Positions 59,923-64,000 of a DNA stretch of 64,000 nt are shown here, piece by piece (the first letter of the stretch is position 1; each line of letters starts with the position of its first letter). The position numbers were made by a program, and so were the translations under genes. Origin of the DNA: a virus. Under the pieces are notes generated by a model that saw only the letters and a program-made list of their open reading frames with translations, searched no databases and was not told the origin of the DNA. The stretch lies in IMG/VR virus record IMGVR_UViG_3300018080_000139, positions 1 through 64,000 of that record; one strand, given 5' to 3'.

Positions 59923-61713
59923 ATGCCAGCTCCGAGCATACCGAATCCAACAGCGGATCCTAATGACCGCTATCCGGCAATAGACTATTCGTCTCGGGAC
60001 TTCCCGACCGTCAAGCAAGCGCTCATCGAATTCATAAAGGCTCGTTTCCCCGCAACATTCACGGACTTTACGGAATCTAACTTGTCGGTGATGCTCCTCG
60101 AAGTGTGTGCGTGGGTGGCCGACATGTTGAGCTTTACAATCGACATGGCCGCGAACGAATGCTACCTCCCCACGCTGCGTCAGCGGGAAAATGCTGTAAA
60201 TTTGGTGAAGCTTATAGGCTACGAGCCATCGCCACCGGCTGCGGCCTCGGCCGAGTTGCTTGTGGACACGAATATTGTCGGCGGCCTCGCTCAGGACGCC
60301 ACTATTTCGGCGGGGGCGTCGATTTCCGTTCAAGGTCTGACCTTCGAGCTTCTCGAAGATTTTGTTCTACTCGCCGGCAACCGCGACGCTGGCCCGGGAA
60401 GCACTACCGGGCTGCCTGGGCCCACGTTCGCCGAAGGCGTGAGCTACGACGAATCATTTACGGTTCCGGCGTCGACACCGAATCAAATCTACACCTTGGG
60501 AAACTATCCCGTAATTCGGGGGAGCGTGGAAGTCAGGGTCAACGGCTCCTTGTGGAATGAAGTGGAGGCCTTGGTCTTTGCTGGGCAAGCGAATTCATAC
60601 GCTCTCGATTTCGATGGTGACAACAGGCCGACCATTCGCTTCGGGGACGGCGTAAGCGGTAACATCCCGCTGGCCGGGTCGCTTATCGAGGTCTATTCGC
60701 GCGTTGGCGGGGGGGAGGCCGGGAACATCGGGGCCGGTCTCATTTCCACCCAGCTTTCGGCGACCACGATTTCGGGGACCGTTCAGCTCGCCGCGACCAA
60801 CCCGAACCCGGCAAGCGGAGGAGCTGAGGAGGAGTCCCTCGATTCGATCAAATTCAACGCTCCTCGGTATGTCCGGACACATGGCAATGCCATATCGAAA
60901 CTCGACTATGACACCTTGATTCCGATTTTTGTAGACCCCACTTACGGAGCTATCGCAAAGGGTGTGGCCTTTCCGCGCGTTGGGAAAACGAACTCGAGCG
61001 CTAACGAGATTGACGTGTTCGTGTGGACCCGAACGGCCGGCGCTCTCGTTGGTGGAGCCAGCCAGGGGCTCAAAGAGGCCTTGCTCGACTACCTGAACAT
61101 CAGGAAAGTGCTTAACCTCGACATTTTTATCAACGACGGTCTCTTGAAGGACATCGACATGGTAGTCACGCTTTTCGTCGACCAGCGCGTCAAGCTCGCC
61201 GATGAAATCGTTGCCGATGTCGAGACGGCCTTGCAGGATTTCTTCGACCGGGACAGCCTGGAGCCGGCGCAAACTTTTTTTGTCTCGGAAGTCTACTACC
61301 TGTTGATGGGCCTTGCCGGAGTTCAGCAGGTGAATCTGGGGGTTCCAGGAACGGAAGACACGGCCAGCGACAGCGTGGACGGGTTTTTCATCGCAGGCCT
61401 CACCACGGAGGTTACGTTGACGGCCGGCGGATTGGTCCCGAACGCTTACGCGGGCGGGAGAATCGTCTACACGTCCGGAGCCTTGAACGGGAGGCAGTTC
61501 CCTATTTTGCGAAACACCGCTAGCGTGGTCACGGTCGACGGAATAAATTCGCTCCTCGCCCCCGGGGACACTTTCGACTTGTTTTCGTTGTACGATCCGC
61601 TAAACGACATCGCGGTGGCGGACAACGAAATCTATCGGCTCGGGTCGTACACAGTGGCCGCCTACGAGCGCAGCCAGGACACGCGCGAGAGCTTCCTGAT
61701 AACCTACGTGTAA
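59923..61713 (+). CDS. baseplate wedge gp6/gpJ-like protein
   Basis: IDYSSRDF, IRFGDGVSGNIP, ASGGAEEESLDSIKFNAP. Confidence 0.92.
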   Translation: MPAPSIPNPTADPNDRYPAIDYSSRDFPTVKQALIEFIKARFPATFTDFTESNLSVMLLEVCAWVADMLSFTIDMAANECYLPTLRQRENAVNLVKLIGYEPSPPAAASAELLVDTNIVGGLAQDATISAGASISVQGLTFELLEDFVLLAGNRDAGPGSTTGLPGPTFAEGVSYDESFTVPASTPNQIYTLGNYPVIRGSVEVRVNGSLWNEVEALVFAGQANSYALDFDGDNRPTIRFGDGVSGNIPLAGSLIEVYSRVGGGEAGNIGAGLISTQLSATTISGTVQLAATNPNPASGGAEEESLDSIKFNAPRYVRTHGNAISKLDYDTLIPIFVDPTYGAIAKGVAFPRVGKTNSSANEIDVFVWTRTAGALVGGASQGLKEALLDYLNIRKVLNLDIFINDGLLKDIDMVVTLFVDQRVKLADEIVADVETALQDFFDRDSLEPAQTFFVSEVYYLLMGLAGVQQVNLGVPGTEDTASDSVDGFFIAGLTTEVTLTAGGLVPNAYAGGRIVYTSGALNGRQFPILRNTASVVTVDGINSLLAPGDTFDLFSLYDPLNDIAVADNEIYRLGSYTVAAYERSQDTRESFLITYV

Positions 61714-61760
61714 GGATTTTTCGGATTTTACTCTATCCTGGATAGAGGAGGGATTTTTTC

Positions 61761-63215
61761 GTGGTAGACCAGTTTGATTTTTACGCGCGGCTTATACCGT
61801 TTCGGCATCGCGCGGCGGACGTCGATGAGGCCCTGAAGGCCATCGTTGACGCTTTTCAGGGGGAAATTCTATCCCTGAAGGCCTCCGCGATAGCTTTGCC
61901 AGAGCTACAATCTCTTGACGACGTGCCCTGCGACTATCTGGCCTACCTCGCGAATTTGATCGGGCTGCAAACCGAGGATTGCGACCCGTGCGCCCTCATC
62001 CGAGAGCAAATCCGCGCGGCTGTGCCGATTTACGGGATAAAAGGGACCACGCTGAGCTTTGAGGCTCTCATGCGAACGCTAGGGTTCCAAGCTACCGTGA
62101 TCCCCCTCTTCGAAGACAGCCCGGACAGCGCAATAACGATCGACGAGAGCGCCGCGATAACCGGATTCAACACGCGCCTCCCCGGCTGGCATATGTCCTC
62201 GAGAATAAGGCTGGAACTCGAGAGACTTCCGGAAGCCGAGCTTCTCTCGATTTGCGGCTTTGAAGGGGGTTTGCTCACCCCATTCCTCCTCGCGCGCTTG
62301 TTGAAGAAGCTTCGAGAAATCACGCCCATTCACATCGAACTCGATATGAACACGGTCTACTCGTTTTCAGACGTCATTGGCGTTGATGATGCCGTTTTGA
62401 TTGCGATAGACTACTTGACGCGCGTCAAAATGGGTTGCTGCTGTTACCACGGCAAGGGCGCGCGCGTCGAGAACTACCACACTGTCGTAAGGTATGACGC
62501 TGGGTTCAAGTATGACGAAAGCCCTCCGAGAATCTACGATGAGCCTGGGGAGCATTCGCGCGCGCCAGAGATGGATTACCCCCCGTTTTATTACGATACG
62601 GTCTACTCGCACGAATGCCAATATCCCGACCATATCTATGATCCTTTTCGCTATCGGCTTTCCGGGATATATTGCCGGCGCGACGAAAGCAATGCCTTCG
62701 CGCTGCAGCGTTATGGCTACAACAAAGGCGGTGGCGCGGACATGTCAATCTCTACGCTTCTCGACACGGTTTCAGCCCCGTCCGCAAAATTCGTCTCCAA
62801 TATGCACGTAATCGTAGGGGATTTCGTGCGGATCAATCACGAGTACCGCAAGGTGGAAGAGGTCCTGGGAGAAACGAGCCTTCGCATAGTCGCTCCGTTC
62901 TCCTGGCCCGATGGAATTTACGACTACGAGATTATCTTTTCTGACGCCTACCACAGACGCGAAGCAACGCACAAAGACCCTTTAAACTTCACGGTGCCGA
63001 CATATTACCATCGCATCGAGCTTACTATATATAACCTGTTCGACACGGGATTACTTTTCGACGACGGGCTATTTTTCGATGACGGAGGGCTGAAGCACAA
63101 TTGCTGTATATCCGAAAAGCTCGTGTCTGAGGAAGACGGAAGTGGGGTGGAGGAAGTACACTACCCCGATGAAACAATTATCCCCGGAAGTGAGGGAATA
63201 CTTCTGAAGCCGTAA
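61761..63215 (+). CDS. baseplate wedge gpI/gp7-like protein
   Basis: YLAYLANLIG, REQIRAAVPIYGIKGT, ITPIH. Confidence 0.8.
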   Translation: MVDQFDFYARLIPFRHRAADVDEALKAIVDAFQGEILSLKASAIALPELQSLDDVPCDYLAYLANLIGLQTEDCDPCALIREQIRAAVPIYGIKGTTLSFEALMRTLGFQATVIPLFEDSPDSAITIDESAAITGFNTRLPGWHMSSRIRLELERLPEAELLSICGFEGGLLTPFLLARLLKKLREITPIHIELDMNTVYSFSDVIGVDDAVLIAIDYLTRVKMGCCCYHGKGARVENYHTVVRYDAGFKYDESPPRIYDEPGEHSRAPEMDYPPFYYDTVYSHECQYPDHIYDPFRYRLSGIYCRRDESNAFALQRYGYNKGGGADMSISTLLDTVSAPSAKFVSNMHVIVGDFVRINHEYRKVEEVLGETSLRIVAPFSWPDGIYDYEIIFSDAYHRREATHKDPLNFTVPTYYHRIELTIYNLFDTGLLFDDGLFFDDGGLKHNCCISEKLVSEEDGSGVEEVHYPDETIIPGSEGILLKP

Positions 63216-63216
63216 G

Positions 63217-63732
63217 ATGGCTGGAAAGGGATTTGACGTTATGCCACAAGAATTCAACAAGGCCTATCCGGAGTATAACGCCGACGTCGTTTCCTCCAGG
63301 TTGCGCGCCCAGTTTAATGCCTTGGCGTCCCAGAGTGAGGGCGCAAGCGAGCCCCCCGACCTGCAGCGCGGAATGCTCTGGCTGGACATGGCCGAAACTT
63401 TGAACTGGAAGCTGAAAATGCGAATCGAGGGGGACGGCGCCAACCCGGATCGCTGGGTGGTCCTCTTCGAAAACGTGAACACCCTGCTCGGGTCCCCCAC
63501 AGCTCCTGGCGGATCCAGCCAGTACGAACATGACCAAGCCGTGGCGGCGAATCCGTGGGCCGTAAATCACGCGCTGGGCCGACAATTCGTAAGCGTCGAA
63601 ATAATCGACACGTCGGCGTCCCCGCCGAAAAACGTGGACCCGAGCGCTTACACCGTGGAGTATGACGACGAGGACAACTGCACTATCACTTTTGTCACGG
63701 GAGCCACCAGTGGAAAAGCCATTGTTTCTTGA
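63217..63732 (+). CDS. tail/baseplate-associated protein
   Basis: PP....GMLWLD; YEHDQ..AANPWAVNHALG...VEI. Confidence 0.65.
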   Translation: MAGKGFDVMPQEFNKAYPEYNADVVSSRLRAQFNALASQSEGASEPPDLQRGMLWLDMAETLNWKLKMRIEGDGANPDRWVVLFENVNTLLGSPTAPGGSSQYEHDQAVAANPWAVNHALGRQFVSVEIIDTSASPPKNVDPSAYTVEYDDEDNCTITFVTGATSGKAIVS

Positions 63733-64000
63733 CCGGCTACCGATCAAGCTCAACGTCGAAATAATCGAGTATCGGCAGGGTGGCGTGATCCCGCAAAAGG
63801 TATGGCGCAAGAAAAACGTCGTCGTCAATGTCGGGCGTGAGCAAATCGGTCTGATGCTCGCCACAGGAATTTCAAACCAGATCACGGAAATCGCCTGGGG
63901 GGACGGCGGACACGACGTCGGGGACCCCTCGCAGTACACGCCGGCGTCCTTGACCGATACGGCCTTGGTCAACGAGATTTTCCGGAAGGCCATAACAAGC
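63710..64000 (+). CDS. tail-fibre/collar N-terminal domain protein (runs off the window)
   Basis: hand translation: KNVVVNVGRE...ITEIAWGDGG...TDTALVNEIFRKAI; GGGAG RBS and GTG start. Confidence 0.65.
   Translation, partial: MEKPLFLDRLPIKLNVEIIEYRQGGVIPQKVWRKKNVVVNVGREQIGLMLATGISNQITEIAWGDGGHDVGDPSQYTPASLTDTALVNEIFRKAITS

Noticed and set aside
50596-61713. Extracellular contractile injection system or tailocin rather than phage
   Set aside because: Linked to major capsid, prohead protease, neck genes and a DNA polymerase
1-64000. Integrase/prophage boundary, diversity-generating retroelement or alternative genetic code
   Set aside because: No integrase, reverse transcriptase or host housekeeping genes seen; long genes are intact under the standard code and all three stop codons are used

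Overview
A 64-kb segment of a large, GC-rich, uncharacterised tailed bacteriophage with a contractile tail and T4-like virion genes. Consensus sigma70 promoters and Shine-Dalgarno sites point to a bacterial host. The left arm (about 1.4-13 kb, mostly minus strand) holds small early/replication genes, a uracil-DNA-glycosylase::family-A DNA polymerase fusion, a sigma-region-2-like protein, a GrpE-like insert and an IscB-less IS200/IS605 (HEARO/omegaRNA) remnant. An AT-rich divergence region (13.0-14.0 kb) carries perfect triloop inverted repeats. The right arm (14-64 kb, plus strand) encodes, in order: a mosaic acidic protein; a structured-RNA cluster; decoration proteins; two giant proteins (2422 and 2579 aa) built from about 30 divergent winged-helix-like repeats plus HEAT and Nudix modules; a patatin / 2-TM / pseudoFHA-GAF-pseudoPP2C / Ser-Thr kinase cassette; and then protease-scaffold, major capsid, neck, sheath, tube, tape measure and baseplate genes. 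Terminase and portal were not recognised in the window. The most unusual elements are (i) the giant wHTH-array proteins with a shared capsid-targeting-like leader, (ii) two anticodon-less tRNA-like RNAs, and (iii) an apparently active kinase paired with an apparently dead phosphatase. All domain calls come from motifs recognised by eye; no searches were run.
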